From assembly GCA_946965045.2 (NCBI GenBank), contig OX337230.1, positions 806,001-870,000 on the forward strand: a stretch of DNA of 64,000 bases, in the 5' to 3' direction. Below are positions 46,178 through 57,013 of the stretch, piece by piece (within the stretch, counting starts at the first letter, position 1; the number at the start of each line of letters is the position of its first letter). Below the pieces are notes generated by a model that was not told the DNA's origin, did not search any database, and saw only the letters and a program-made list of their open reading frames with translations. The position numbers were made by a program, and so were the translations under genes. The stretch is from Epithemia pelagica (Eukaryota > Protista > Bacillariophyta).

Positions 46178-47524
46178 CTAGTCATCAATGCTCATTCGAC
46201 TATCGTCCTGGCTACTACTGCACGGGAGGAGTGACGCTCCTCCTCCCCCCAATGCAGGAATGAGCGCGGTCCGGTCCTGGTCTTGGGACACGCAGTCATA
46301 ACAGACATGTCCCTCGTCATTGTTGTTGTTGTCGTCGTGTTGGTACGGGTGGTTTCCAATGATCTGCTGGACCTGATCCCGACTTCGACAACAAAACGTA
46401 CAAAAGGTTTCGTGACAGAGAACACACGTCAAGGTACAGGAGGAACACAGAGCATGGTGACAAAACTGACACGTGGCTGGACCACCACCACCACCATTCT
46501 TCTCACCACGACGACGTGGTGGGACCCGCTCGTGCCGTACTGTGCCAGGATCGACAAGAGACGTTTGAACCCACCCACGAGTCGTCGATTGGGCGGCTGG
46601 AGCACGACGACGGGCCTTGGGTTTGCCGTCGGGGGGTGATGGGCCCGTCCTTGGTTTGGTGCGGGAGGCAAAGTAACGATCCAACGTGTTGGTTTGCGGT
46701 ACTAGGGCTTGGCAAGGAGGAACAGCCGCTGCGGCTGCTGCTGCAGCTGTGGAAGGACATGTACGACGACAAGACGGCACATCCTGGTTGTTCGGACAAG
46801 TTTCAATCGACAGAGGCTGACGACAAATAAAACAACACTCGTTGTTGCTGCTGCTGGTTTTGGGAGGTTTCCGAGTCGTAGAGCTTGATTGTGCTTTGGT
46901 ATTAGTCGATGGTTGCTTCCACCAATCCCACGATGAGGACAATGAGGCAGTCGTTGTTGCTTTGGAAGACTGTGATGGAGGTGCTTCCGACTGGTGGATT
47001 GGCATCGGGGCACTGGTCGCCGCCACGGATTGGGACGACAAGGAGGACTGCCAACCAGAACAAGGGTGGATCGTAGTGGCAGTATTCGTGGAGAATGATG
47101 GATCCATGGAGATTGTGGTTGGATCGTGGTGATGGGCATAGCAGGGACGCTTGCGAGCAGGTGGTTGTGAGATGCCGTCGAGTGCATGTAGGGGCGCCGT
47201 TGGTCTTTCGTGTGGTTGTGGACCGGACAGATTGAGGGAACGGCCATCCTCCATTGGTTGTTGTTGTTGTTGTTGTTGTTGTTCCCCAAACTGGATAGTT
47301 GTGGACACTGTTGCGCGCTTTCGAGTTTTACTTGGATTCCAGTGATTTGTAGCCCATGGAGGCCAGAGAAGGGTTGCATTGGGGTTGTCATCGGGCAGGA
47401 TGTGGTCGTTGATGTTGTTGTTGTTGTTGGTAGGAGTAGTATTGTTGGAGGACAATGGTTGCTGCAAGAATGTCCAACCAGGAGCCCGAGTGTCATTCTG
47501 TGGAAACGTCATGATATCTTCCAT
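46178..47524 (-). CDS. Low-complexity protein with C-terminal Cys-rich zinc-finger cluster (Siva-like pattern)
   Basis: CQFCHHALCSSCTLTCVLCHETFCTFCC...VCYDC plus an upstream CFIC; long disordered N-terminus. Confidence 0.6.
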   Translation of the reverse strand: MEDIMTFPQNDTRAPGWTFLQQPLSSNNTTPTNNNNNINDHILPDDNPNATLLWPPWATNHWNPSKTRKRATVSTTIQFGEQQQQQQQQPMEDGRSLNLSGPQPHERPTAPLHALDGISQPPARKRPCYAHHHDPTTISMDPSFSTNTATTIHPCSGWQSSLSSQSVAATSAPMPIHQSEAPPSQSSKATTTASLSSSWDWWKQPSTNTKAQSSSTTRKPPKTSSSNNECCFICRQPLSIETCPNNQDVPSCRRTCPSTAAAAAAAAVPPCQALVPQTNTLDRYFASRTKPRTGPSPPDGKPKARRRAPAAQSTTRGWVQTSLVDPGTVRHERVPPRRRGEKNGGGGGPATCQFCHHALCSSCTLTCVLCHETFCTFCCRSRDQVQQIIGNHPYQHDDNNNNDEGHVCYDCVSQDQDRTALIPALGGGGASLLPCSSSQDDSRMSIDD

Positions 47525-47935
47525 GTTTCTTTGGCACACAAGCACTGGAGCAACAGAGACCACGAAAACGAGGTGAGATAAATCGCCTTTTCTTCCGGTT
47601 GAATGTTCATTGTCCAGAGACAACTGAGAAACAAAAGGAGAATGAATGAATGGAGGGAAAAGCGAGGTGCGCGTGCGGACGCGAGCGAGCACCATCCGCG
47701 GTTGCGCGTGCAAAATCCACCACAAAAAGACGGCACATCACCATGGACAATGGGCCCAACCACCAACCACCCACAGTTCCAAACAAACAGCGAACGGCAA
47801 TGACATCGGACGGCATTCGTTCCTTCTCCTTTTTGCAATGATTTGGTTGGAGGTAGGCTAGTGTTTATTAGCTAGCGTAGGTGTTACAGGGAATGTACAA
47901 GGAGACTGCTACCTACTAGATCCAACTGGTGCTAC

Positions 47936-48955
47936 TTACAAATGGTACAGTTTTCTCCGAGAGGAAGCGATTCGAGACATTTTCCTTTGACTTGTCTTCC
48001 AAGATGGAGCCGTTCGTCGTCGTAGTGTCAAGGGACCATCCGGGAGTGGGGCATCCCGTCTCTTGTCTTGTTGCCGTTCCGGGAGTTGCGGTGGGTGCTC
48101 TTGTGGTCGTTGTTGTCGTTGGTATGCGTCGTTGGGCTCCTGGTTGGGCGGCAACTGCAAGTGGGGAGGGACAAGGTCCTGGAGCAAGAGGCGTAAATCA
48201 AGGCGCCCGTTCATGGAGTGTTCCAAGTTGGTCATGTAGGAACGAAACCCAGTCGTTTGCAACAAGTGAGCGACATAGGAAAAGACTTGTTCTTGGTGTG
48301 GTCGGTTCGAATGGGAGCCTGGATCTCCTCCTTGTGGTGGTGGTACAGAATGATGCTTCTCCTCACGCAACCTAGTCCTTGGTGGTTGTGGCATTCCCCT
48401 GCTGGAGCCCGGGGGAGCAGCCATCCTCCGTGGGATCGGTAGGGCAGCCGGATTGTGTCGGCCAAAGCTCTGCGAAAAGGCTCGAACATCTGCCATGCTG
48501 GAAAAGACGAGAATCATTTTCGAGTCACCCTTCGCCGCCGCAGTTTCATGTTCCTGAACCACGACGACTTGAAGGCGATTGCGTCGTCGCGTCACGACGG
48601 TGGACGTGGGTGGAAGGCGGAGGCAAAAGCATAGTTGGGGAATGAGAATCGCCTCCCTTTGCGCACGTACTCGAAACCAGGTGGAAACCACTGGTCGTTG
48701 TGGTTGTGGTTGTGGGTGGTGTAGTGGTGGGTGTTGTGGTTGGGGTTGTCCTTGCAACGACGCTGCTTGTTGAGTGGCTGCTGGTTGTCGTACTTGAATT
48801 CGGTGCCATCCATGACTGGTTTCGCGATAGAGTTGGACCATCCATTCCTCCTTGTTGTCGGCGTTGTCGTCCTTTTCGGGAGACGTATTTCTGTGGTGGT
48901 TGGAATGAGTTCGTTTCTTCAATGGTCGCTGGCTGTGGCTGGTTGGGTTCACCAT
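47936..48955 (-). CDS. Uncharacterised 339-aa protein, possibly REC114-like
   Basis: Open ORF divergent from SmD1; beta-rich N-terminal block and helical motif [22 protein letters not shown]. Confidence 0.5.
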   Translation of the reverse strand: MVNPTSHSQRPLKKRTHSNHHRNTSPEKDDNADNKEEWMVQLYRETSHGWHRIQVRQPAATQQAASLQGQPQPQHPPLHHPQPQPQRPVVSTWFRVRAQREAILIPQLCFCLRLPPTSTVVTRRRNRLQVVVVQEHETAAAKGDSKMILVFSSMADVRAFSQSFGRHNPAALPIPRRMAAPPGSSRGMPQPPRTRLREEKHHSVPPPQGGDPGSHSNRPHQEQVFSYVAHLLQTTGFRSYMTNLEHSMNGRLDLRLLLQDLVPPHLQLPPNQEPNDAYQRQQRPQEHPPQLPERQQDKRRDAPLPDGPLTLRRRTAPSWKTSQRKMSRIASSRRKLYHL

Positions 48956-49250
48956 GGTGGTCGAACGGTCTTGTTGGCATCAAAAACCCAAGCAACAGGA
49001 GAATGACAATGACGCGGAGAAAGTTGCACAAAAGACACGCTGTCCGGACATGCGGGCGGGCGTCTTGTCGGAGCCGGCCGGCGTGAAAGAAGTAAACCCG
49101 CAAACAGAAATACCCGCAGCACCACAGGACTCCCTCCAACAGACAACCCACGACGGACACGGACGACACCAACCACGCAACAACAACCAAACCACAACCA
49201 TATATCTTGTTGCAGGTTCGAGAAACAAACAACAACCACAGCAAACAATC

Positions 49251-49742
49251 ATGAAATTGGTCAAATTTTTGCAAAAATTGAACCGGGAACAAGTGACCAT
49301 TGAGCTCAAAAATGGAACTGTCATTCAAGGTACTGTCGTCGGTGTCGATGCCACCATGAATTGCCATTTGAAAAAAGCCAAGGTGACCGTGTACGTCCTC
49401 TGAACGAATGCGTTTCGTGAGTTTGAGCGTCGTTGAGAGGGGTCTCACGTTCTTGTGTCATTTCATGGTTGCTGTTCTCGTTTTTCCAACAGTCGCGGCA
49501 AGAATCCAGTGTCGCATGCCACCTTGTCGGTGCGAGGATCGACGGTCCGATCCTGGATTTTGCCCGAAGCCTTGAATGTGGATGCCTTGTTGGTCGATGA
49601 CACTCCCAAAAAATCGCAGTCGGCGGCCGCCATCAAAAGCATGGGACGTGGCGGTGGTGGTGGTTTGGCCCCAGGGAGTAGTGGAGGACGAGGTCGGGGA
49701 CGAGGCCGGGGACGGGGAAGCATGGGAGGGGGACGACGGTAA
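49251..49742 (+). CDS. SmD1: Small nuclear ribonucleoprotein Sm D1, 2 exons (intron 49391-49492)
   Basis: [23 protein letters not shown]...[15 protein letters not shown]...[15 protein letters not shown] and a GRG-repeat tail. Confidence 0.95.
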
Positions 49743-50323
49743 TCACCACCAACACGTATGTACCATGTGGTCGTCCGCACCAACAATTCAAAAATTGGAA
49801 CGATGGACGACCCATTCCACGGAAATGCATTCGTCCATTCCAAACCAGGTACATTCTCGATGATCGACTCCACATCCGGATGGAGCCCCTCAGCACATGA
49901 CTACCGAGGTGAATGGAGGGAACGTTGAGAATGGAGAGAAAATTCGCTTTCTATATGTAAAGACAAAAAGAATAGAAATCATGTCAACCCTCGCTTCTCG
50001 TTGATTGCTGGGCCAGAAAAAGAGACTGAAGGCTACTAATTTCTAAAATCTAGAATTGTGTGTGTGTGTGTGTAACTACGAAAACAGAACATTCCAAGAC
50101 AATCGGAACGTTCGCATAAAGTTTGTCAAGAGGATAAAAGAATGCATGTTCCATTCCAAATGCTTGGTCCAACAGGAACGACAACACACGAGCCATTGCT
50201 CCTTTCCCCCAAACGAGAATGGCACGCAAGCCATCCACTCAGTGGTTTTCCCTAGAATCGCACCCATGGAGACCCAGACACTTGGAAGACGGATGCAGTG
50301 GTAGTTTTCTCTTTCGCTCGCTT

Positions 50324-52603
50324 TTACAGCGCCACAGGGGCTTTGACCAAAGCACCTTGACGCTCGGCCATGGCATGACGGAGGGCTTGGAACTTGGCCC
50401 GAAGAAACAAGAGGAATGGGACCACCAATGCTACCATCCATCGCGTGACTCGGACCGGACCCAAGAACAAAAATTCTCCAATGCACCACTTGATTACCTT
50501 GGCCGTTGTTTCCATTTGGGGATTCACCATGCATTGCAAAAAGACACCTGGTAAAATGTAACGAGGAAAGAATCCGGGTGGATTCAATACCCCCGTTTCT
50601 TCGTGAAACTCGCCCGTAAAGAAACTAATAAAGACATCCAAAAAGAATATAATGGCCATAAAGACATCAAATTTGCGAATCACCAATTCCATGACCGACA
50701 CGGCCGCTCCTTGCCATAGCATGTGGGTGGGTGAACAATGCCAGGGCAGTTCCGTTGTCACAGCCTCGGCGGTTGTGGTGGTGGAAGTGGCATTGTTGCC
50801 CATCCACCGACCGACACCTTGAAAGAGGGAATCGTAGAATTGTACCTTGGCCGGTTTGGGATTGCATTCGGGCAAGGTCGCCCAGCGTTGAGGAAGCATG
50901 TTTCGCTCCACCATGTTGTTGTAACTCTTGTACTTGTTCTTCATTTTGGGTTCCAAGGCCTTGCCGGCAATCTCAAAGAGGACGGCAAAGACAAAGGCAG
51001 CCTTCCACCAAACAATAAAGGGTGTATTGGGACGCAAGAGCATCTTGTTAATGACATAGTCGGTATGTTTTTGCAATTCTTGATGCAATTCGTACATGCG
51101 GGCTCGATCTCGTTCGCCCATGGATTGCGATTTGGCTTTCAATTCCTTTTGTTTTTGTTGCAAATCGGCCAATTCTTGACGCTTTTGTCGAATGCGTTCT
51201 CGTGCTCGTTCCAAAGCGGCCCGCAACTGCTTTTGCAGTTTCATGACCGCAATCGTTTCCTTGTCGCCCTGAAACAATTTGAGTGCCTTGGCCAAACGCC
51301 GCGCCTTTTTGGCTCGATACACTTTTTGCATACACAGGGCCGCATGTTCACGAATCTCCTCCGGGGTCCGTTTCCGCATGAGCCGTTCTCGAATCTTGCG
51401 GGCAATCCGGGCTTGGCGTTTTTGTTGTTGCTTTTTCAACAAATCTTTGAGATTTTGCAAAAACTTGTTGGACGTGGCCACAATGGGCATGAGGTACTTG
51501 AGCCATCGGAGGTAGGCCAAAATCTTTTTGGCTCGTCGCGAAAAGGAAATGGGATTTCTCAAGGCCTTGCGAGCAACTTGAACGGCGACATCCTTGGCCT
51601 GTCGAGTTCCCTCCTTTTGAATCATGCGTCCCACCGAAATCATGCCCATGCGAAGAATGGCAAACAACAAGGTATAACTGGTGTAATCTTCAAAATAATC
51701 GTCCAATTCTGCAACTGGATCCGATGATCCCCCCTTTTTGTGGGACGACGACACGTGGTTGCTGTAATAGTGTTGCACTTGTTGCTCCAAATCGTCCCGG
51801 GTATTCCATTGAAAAGTGGCCGAGGGATTTTCTCCTCGAGCAAGCATGGCCAAGACATTGTAGACGAGAAAATAAAATCCCACGGGTAAGAGGACCACTT
51901 GAAAGACAATGGTTTGCACATAGACCACGGTAGGCTTGTCCCAGCCGAACCAGGTGGTGGTCTCCACCGTCGGTGGTGGTGGTTCCTGGCCGGTTTTGTT
52001 GGATGCCGCCGCTAAGAGTCGACGTCGATCCAATTCCCGGACTGTATTGATCCAATTGTCTCGGGCCGTGACAAAGGCATCACAGAACCACAAGAGAGAA
52101 AACACGAGACCCAAAAGTGTGTGATTGGCTGCCAAGGTGGCCCAAAACGCTGGCAAAGGTGTCGGCACAGCAGCTCGTTTCTTGGACGTGGCATAATAGG
52201 GTTCCCAACGATCGACTTCAATTTGATGCGTCCATGCCGCGGCAAAATCCAACAAGGCCGCTACGGCCAAGGCATTGTGCCAGATACGAGATACCATGGA
52301 AGTGTCATGCAACGGACTCACTTTGTAATCCAGTTTGGGTGTGTTTGTGTTGTTGGAAGTGGTAGGAACCGAAGTATTACCCGAGGACAAGGACGATTCA
52401 TCGGCTGCAATGTCTGGCTGTGGCTGCAAAGACGACGACGATGATGACATGGATTTGGTAGTCATGCTGGTGGAGGAGGATCGTTGGAGGGTGGCATTGG
52501 CGGCGGCCGAGGAGTTCAACGTCTTGGTGGCGTCGAGAGGAGACGCGGGGGGTGTCGCCGGTGTCAAGTTGGGTGGCTGGTCCTCCACCAAATGGGACGG
52601 CAT
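50324..52603 (-). CDS. Multi-pass membrane protein with IQ-like calmodulin-binding motifs and coiled coil
   Basis: TM clusters at both ends; AALCMQKVYRAKKAR and VMKLQKQLRAALER IQ-like motifs; FDVFMAIIFFLDVFISFFTG resembles a channel S2-type helix. Confidence 0.65.
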   Translation of the reverse strand: MPSHLVEDQPPNLTPATPPASPLDATKTLNSSAAANATLQRSSSTSMTTKSMSSSSSSLQPQPDIAADESSLSSGNTSVPTTSNNTNTPKLDYKVSPLHDTSMVSRIWHNALAVAALLDFAAAWTHQIEVDRWEPYYATSKKRAAVPTPLPAFWATLAANHTLLGLVFSLLWFCDAFVTARDNWINTVRELDRRRLLAAASNKTGQEPPPPTVETTTWFGWDKPTVVYVQTIVFQVVLLPVGFYFLVYNVLAMLARGENPSATFQWNTRDDLEQQVQHYYSNHVSSSHKKGGSSDPVAELDDYFEDYTSYTLLFAILRMGMISVGRMIQKEGTRQAKDVAVQVARKALRNPISFSRRAKKILAYLRWLKYLMPIVATSNKFLQNLKDLLKKQQQKRQARIARKIRERLMRKRTPEEIREHAALCMQKVYRAKKARRLAKALKLFQGDKETIAVMKLQKQLRAALERARERIRQKRQELADLQQKQKELKAKSQSMGERDRARMYELHQELQKHTDYVINKMLLRPNTPFIVWWKAAFVFAVLFEIAGKALEPKMKNKYKSYNNMVERNMLPQRWATLPECNPKPAKVQFYDSLFQGVGRWMGNNATSTTTTAEAVTTELPWHCSPTHMLWQGAAVSVMELVIRKFDVFMAIIFFLDVFISFFTGEFHEETGVLNPPGFFPRYILPGVFLQCMVNPQMETTAKVIKWCIGEFLFLGPVRVTRWMVALVVPFLLFLRAKFQALRHAMAERQGALVKAPVAL

Positions 52604-53370
52604 GAGACAGGAGAGGTGAATCGAATGGAAGGAAACGATGGACCAAACAAGGAGATCTTTGTTGTGGTCCACAACGAAAGAAGGTATCCTCTCGAGATCG
52701 TCGTCGTCTTCCCAAGAGATTGTTTCTTCGCCAAAAATGAGGAATGACGAGACTTGGTGCCCAATGGAAGCAAAGACTCCCCCCAGTCTCAGTCGCGGAT
52801 CTCGAGAATAGGACGCCTTTGCGACATGATGTGGCGTTTCGGAGTACTTGTATGACGACTTGCACCTCACACATACAAGAAGCAAGATCCAACCACATCT
52901 TTTCGAATGTCGCACTGCAAGTTGTCGGGGAGCCAAGCGCGACCAACGAATGAGCGGAAGAGGCCGGCGTGGTTCCCTATCACATCATGGCACAAACAAT
53001 GGTGCATCCAGCAAAGACGGATGATTCACAGCTTCTCAGTCTAATAGCGGTAGTCAGTGGTGAGAAAGAAATGACACTACCATCAGGTACAACGACTGCC
53101 TCGTACCTTCCATGAATTGAACTCTGTGGATGCCCCGGACTACTTGGCGACCAACCATCCGTTGTGTAGGAGCGACAACCTGTTGCACGGATCTGTGGAA
53201 TACCACACATCCGGGCTGATTTTTCAATATCCTCTCCTCCCGATTTTTAGTCCTCGCTTTGGGTGCTATCCTAAGCCGGGCGCGTCGGTCGGCGTCACAG
53301 CGTTCACGCTATATTGTACTCTGCGCCCTCGTTTCTGACGAAGGAATCATCAACGACGACACCAAAAAAT

Positions 53371-55689
53371 ATGAAACAACTCATCAGGGAAGAGGAGACG
53401 CCTCTGCCTAACAACTACAGCAATGATGGTCTGACTTTCTCTTCTGTATTTACGGTTCGTCGTCGAGAATCGCCCAAGGAAGAATGGGACGCTACCCTGT
53501 TCATTCGAAAGAAGTTGGTGCATCTGGAGAAGCGCGTCATGATGGAGTTTTGGACCAAGCCCAATAAAACGACGCTCTATGTGCGGGGCCCGCCGGGTGC
53601 TGGGACAACGTGCTTCTTCTATTTATGGGCGCGGCTTCGCTCTGTCCAAGACCGGAAGAGCGTCCTCATCATCCAATTCCGGGAAGACTCCAGCTTTGTT
53701 TGGATCAGAGAAGCCGATGGGTCTCTCTGGCGGACGGAGGAGGCAATAGAACAAGATGCATTGCGAAGCCGTGTCGACCAAGTCCTGGAACAAAGAAAGG
53801 AGAATGGCATGCCTTTTGGTCTGTGCATCCATGATGGCGTCCTGCAAGGCAAACCAATCTGCACCAGCATGTTGAGCAAGCTCAACACGGCGGTTGCCAA
53901 TGGACTAATCGAGAAAGTCGCTCATATCACCTCGCTTGTCTTTTCACTCTCAACCGGTGGACAGCGTCTTGATCAGGGTGGTGCCATTGTGAGGCTTTCT
54001 CTCGACTCGTGGACCGAACAGGATTATGGCGAAGCGGTGGCTTGCCACGAGTTTTTCAATCGAATGAAAACGGGGCTGGACGAAGATTTGGCCCATCTCT
54101 CGAACAAGGTCGACGAAAGCAGAGCCGTAGCTATCCCGGATACATCCAACGTTGAGGAATCTATGGCTGCCGACAGCGACGAAAAAGTATCGGTTACGGA
54201 GGATTCTGATCAAAGTGTGCGAGCCGTTGAGGATGACGGGCAAGAGGAAGGTGAAGACGAGGCGATGTAGCACAGATTACATACGCTGACGTTCTCGAAA
54301 AAAAGTTCTTTTATGCGGGTGGAAGCGCCAGATTTATGTTTGAATACCGTCTCTCGGAATTGAAAGAAGTGCTGGACGATTGCTGCAGGTGGGTTCTAGA
54401 TGACGAGTGGAAGCATTTTTCTCAAGGATCTGTAACCCATCGTACTCCTTCGTCGGTTAACACTCTGATGCAACAGTTCGACCTGATTGCATCTCCAGTC
54501 AGCAAATATGTACTCTTTCAGGCTTACCGCAAATGCAAAACGAAGCTTGTGAGCGCAGTACGAGCTGCGGCACAAGAGAGCCGTAATCCGGCTTTGACGG
54601 GATGGGCGTTTGAGCTTGAGCAGATTGACTTGATTCGCTTGCGCCTCGAATCGCCCCAAGAAAAATTCCCGAATATATCACAAATAATAACGACGGTCTG
54701 ATATTTTCCCCAGACTCGTCATTTGCATATGACGAGAAGACGCTGCAAGAGGAAAGAGTCGGAGGGGAGGGCGCTTTCATCATCTGGTGCATGAAATGGA
54801 ACCAGGAATGCTATGATGTCGCATTTCTTCAAGGAGGAACGTTAGTCACAATGCAGTTCACTGTCTCGGAGAAGCAGTCCTTGAAACCCAACTTTATCCG
54901 GAAGCTTCGAGCCGCGCTCAGGCCGTTCCTTGATATTCTGCAAAAACAAAAGTTGGAGCCTGACACGTCACGAAAAACCCGGAAATATGGCGTCAAATCC
55001 GGGTTCGACGCTGTTTCAGCTTTTGAGGCTGCAAAAGTTGGGTCCAACTTTTGCAGGCCGGCAAAAGCTGAACAGACATTAGGGATAGTGCTTTCTTCTT
55101 GCTAGTGTACATTGGGCCCTACAGAAACAAAAATGACGGTTAAGGATTTGAACGGCGCGCGTTCGACTCCAACGGTCCCCCTAACCTCAATGAAGAGGAA
55201 GCTCCCAATGTCCTACTTTGATAATTTTAGTCCTTAAATAATCAAAGTGAATATGGGGACTATTGGGGGCCTTGGGGGAAAAAGTGCGGTTATAGGTTTT
55301 GGTTTTGTAAATGCCAAAGGAGGGCGTGTCGCGCAATTGTCTACAAAAAGGTGATGTCATGTGTCGATTTTTGTTTTTGCAGAATATCAAGGAACGGCCT
55401 CAAATCGCACGGCCTCGCGGTAGACACGTGTTTACACCTCGGCGTCACGAAAAGTTCGAACGTTGAGTTTACATTGGATACTGCCGGCACAGGTCGACAA
55501 CGCAACAAAGGCGAGGCACCAGAGTTCACAATCTACGCTTATCGCTCTCCATGCTTACAAAAGAAGTCAGGTATAGCAGCCTTCCAAGCTGCGCTCTCGT
55601 CACCTGTCTTGGAGGAAGCCCGCATGTGGGAATTGAACAAGAGCCGGAGAAAGAAATCGGGAGCAAGGAAAAAACGCAAAACGGGATAA
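53371..55689 (+). pseudogene. Crinkler-type (CRN-like) P-loop NTPase + restriction-endonuclease-fold gene, two 1-nt frameshifts and a MITE insertion
   Basis: LFIR, YVRGPPGAGTT P-loop variant, KFFYAGGSARFMF, GWAFELEQI, NQECYDVAF...MQFTVS. Frameshifts near 54262 and 54663; coding resumes (LKSHG) after the MITE. Confidence 0.7.
54921..55399. mobile_element. 479-bp MITE with 31-bp perfect TIRs and 3-bp TSD (TCA), PIF/Harbinger-like
   Basis: TIR ggccgttccttgatattctgcaaaaacaaaa at both ends; TCA at 54918-54920 and 55400-55402. Removing the element plus one TSD restores GCC GCG CTC AAA TCG. Confidence 0.9.
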
Positions 55690-56254
55690 TTCGTAGTCGG
55701 TCGACAAGTCAAGACTTGAGCCCCAACCTCTATGGCAAGCCTGTCCTTGGAAAGCACGATTTGTAGGAGTTTTTTTTTGAAATTGATGTCAGCCGATGAC
55801 GAACAATTGTATTATATGCCCGCCTACCCGAGAAGAGTTTGGAATAGACGATAGAATTTAGGCAAAGTGGGTCAAAGAAGAAAGCCACAACAACGTACAA
55901 CTCCCAGTCAACGCATCACGTTTTACAACGACATGCAAGAATGGACACGTTGAAGGTGTTCTAGCTGGAACCGGCTTTCAACAGTCCACGCATCCCCCGA
56001 AGACCAGGCCCGGTGCGGCACAAAGCGATGAAAGACATTGTACAATGAGGCATTGGTAGATGCATTGTCAGCCCTTAACCAAGACGAGCTGATACACGCA
56101 CTTGGTTGACATGATGCGGACCCAATGGGTATGGCATTTCCGAACCGCCTGGGAGATTCTGGACTTCGGATCATCGCGAAAGAGATCTCTGAAAGTTCCG
56201 AGAGTACTATTATTGGTGTATATGGCGTGGAACACTCAAAGTGCAAATCACGTT

Positions 56255-56680
56255 GAATTTTTGTTCTTGGGTCCGGTCCGTGTCAGTAGCATTGGTGGCT
56301 CCATTCCGCTTGTTTCTTCGGGCCAAGTTCCATGCCCTCCGTGATGCCATGGCCGAGTGTCAAGGTGCTTTGGTGAAAGCCCCTGTGGCGCTTTAAAAGC
56401 GAGCGAGAGAGAAAACTACCACTGCATCCGTCTTCCAACTGTCTTGGACTCCATGGTTGAGATTCTAGAGAGAACCTCTGAGTGGATGGCTTGTGTGCCA
56501 TTCTCATTTGGGGAAAGGAGCTATGACTCTTGTGTTGTCTTTCCTGTTGGACCAAGCTTTTTGAATGGAACATTCTTTTATCCGTTTGAAGAACTTCATG
56601 CGAACGTTCAGATTGTCTTTGAATGCCAATTCTAGATTTAAGAAATTAGCCCTTAGTCTCTTTTTCTGGCACAGCAATCA
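56255..56680 (+). pseudogene. Inverted partial copy of the 3' end and 3' flank of the 50324-52603 gene (partner 50002-50476)
   Basis: Reverse-complement similarity (EFLFLGPVRV...LVKAPVAL) with an ~11-nt frameshifting deletion. Confidence 0.88.
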
Positions 56681-57013
56681 TTGTCTCTACAGGATTACGA
56701 GCTAAGCACAAGATGGTCGAACATGGAAGACAACGAAACACGATGCATGGTTTGCGCACTCCATTGGGAATCAGAGCCCTGGGATGCCCCCTCAGATGCG
56801 GCCAGAACGAACAATAAACAAACGAAGATCAGCTTTTTAGGTTCGAAAACAAAAAGTAAAGCTGAATGTTTCGTGGGGCGCTAGTTTTGACACTCTCCAA
56901 AGGTTGTTGCTGGAATTTGGCCTATTTCAATTGCAGTATCATAGTACTGATTCTCCATTATTTTCAAAGTGAATACGGCTAAAATGATGGAACTGGCACA
57001 TTTTAAAGGAAGC

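Noticed and set aside
55930-56250. Possible LRR-like relic (LGDSGLRIIAKEI)
   Set aside because: A single short resemblance interrupted by stops; insufficient evidence.
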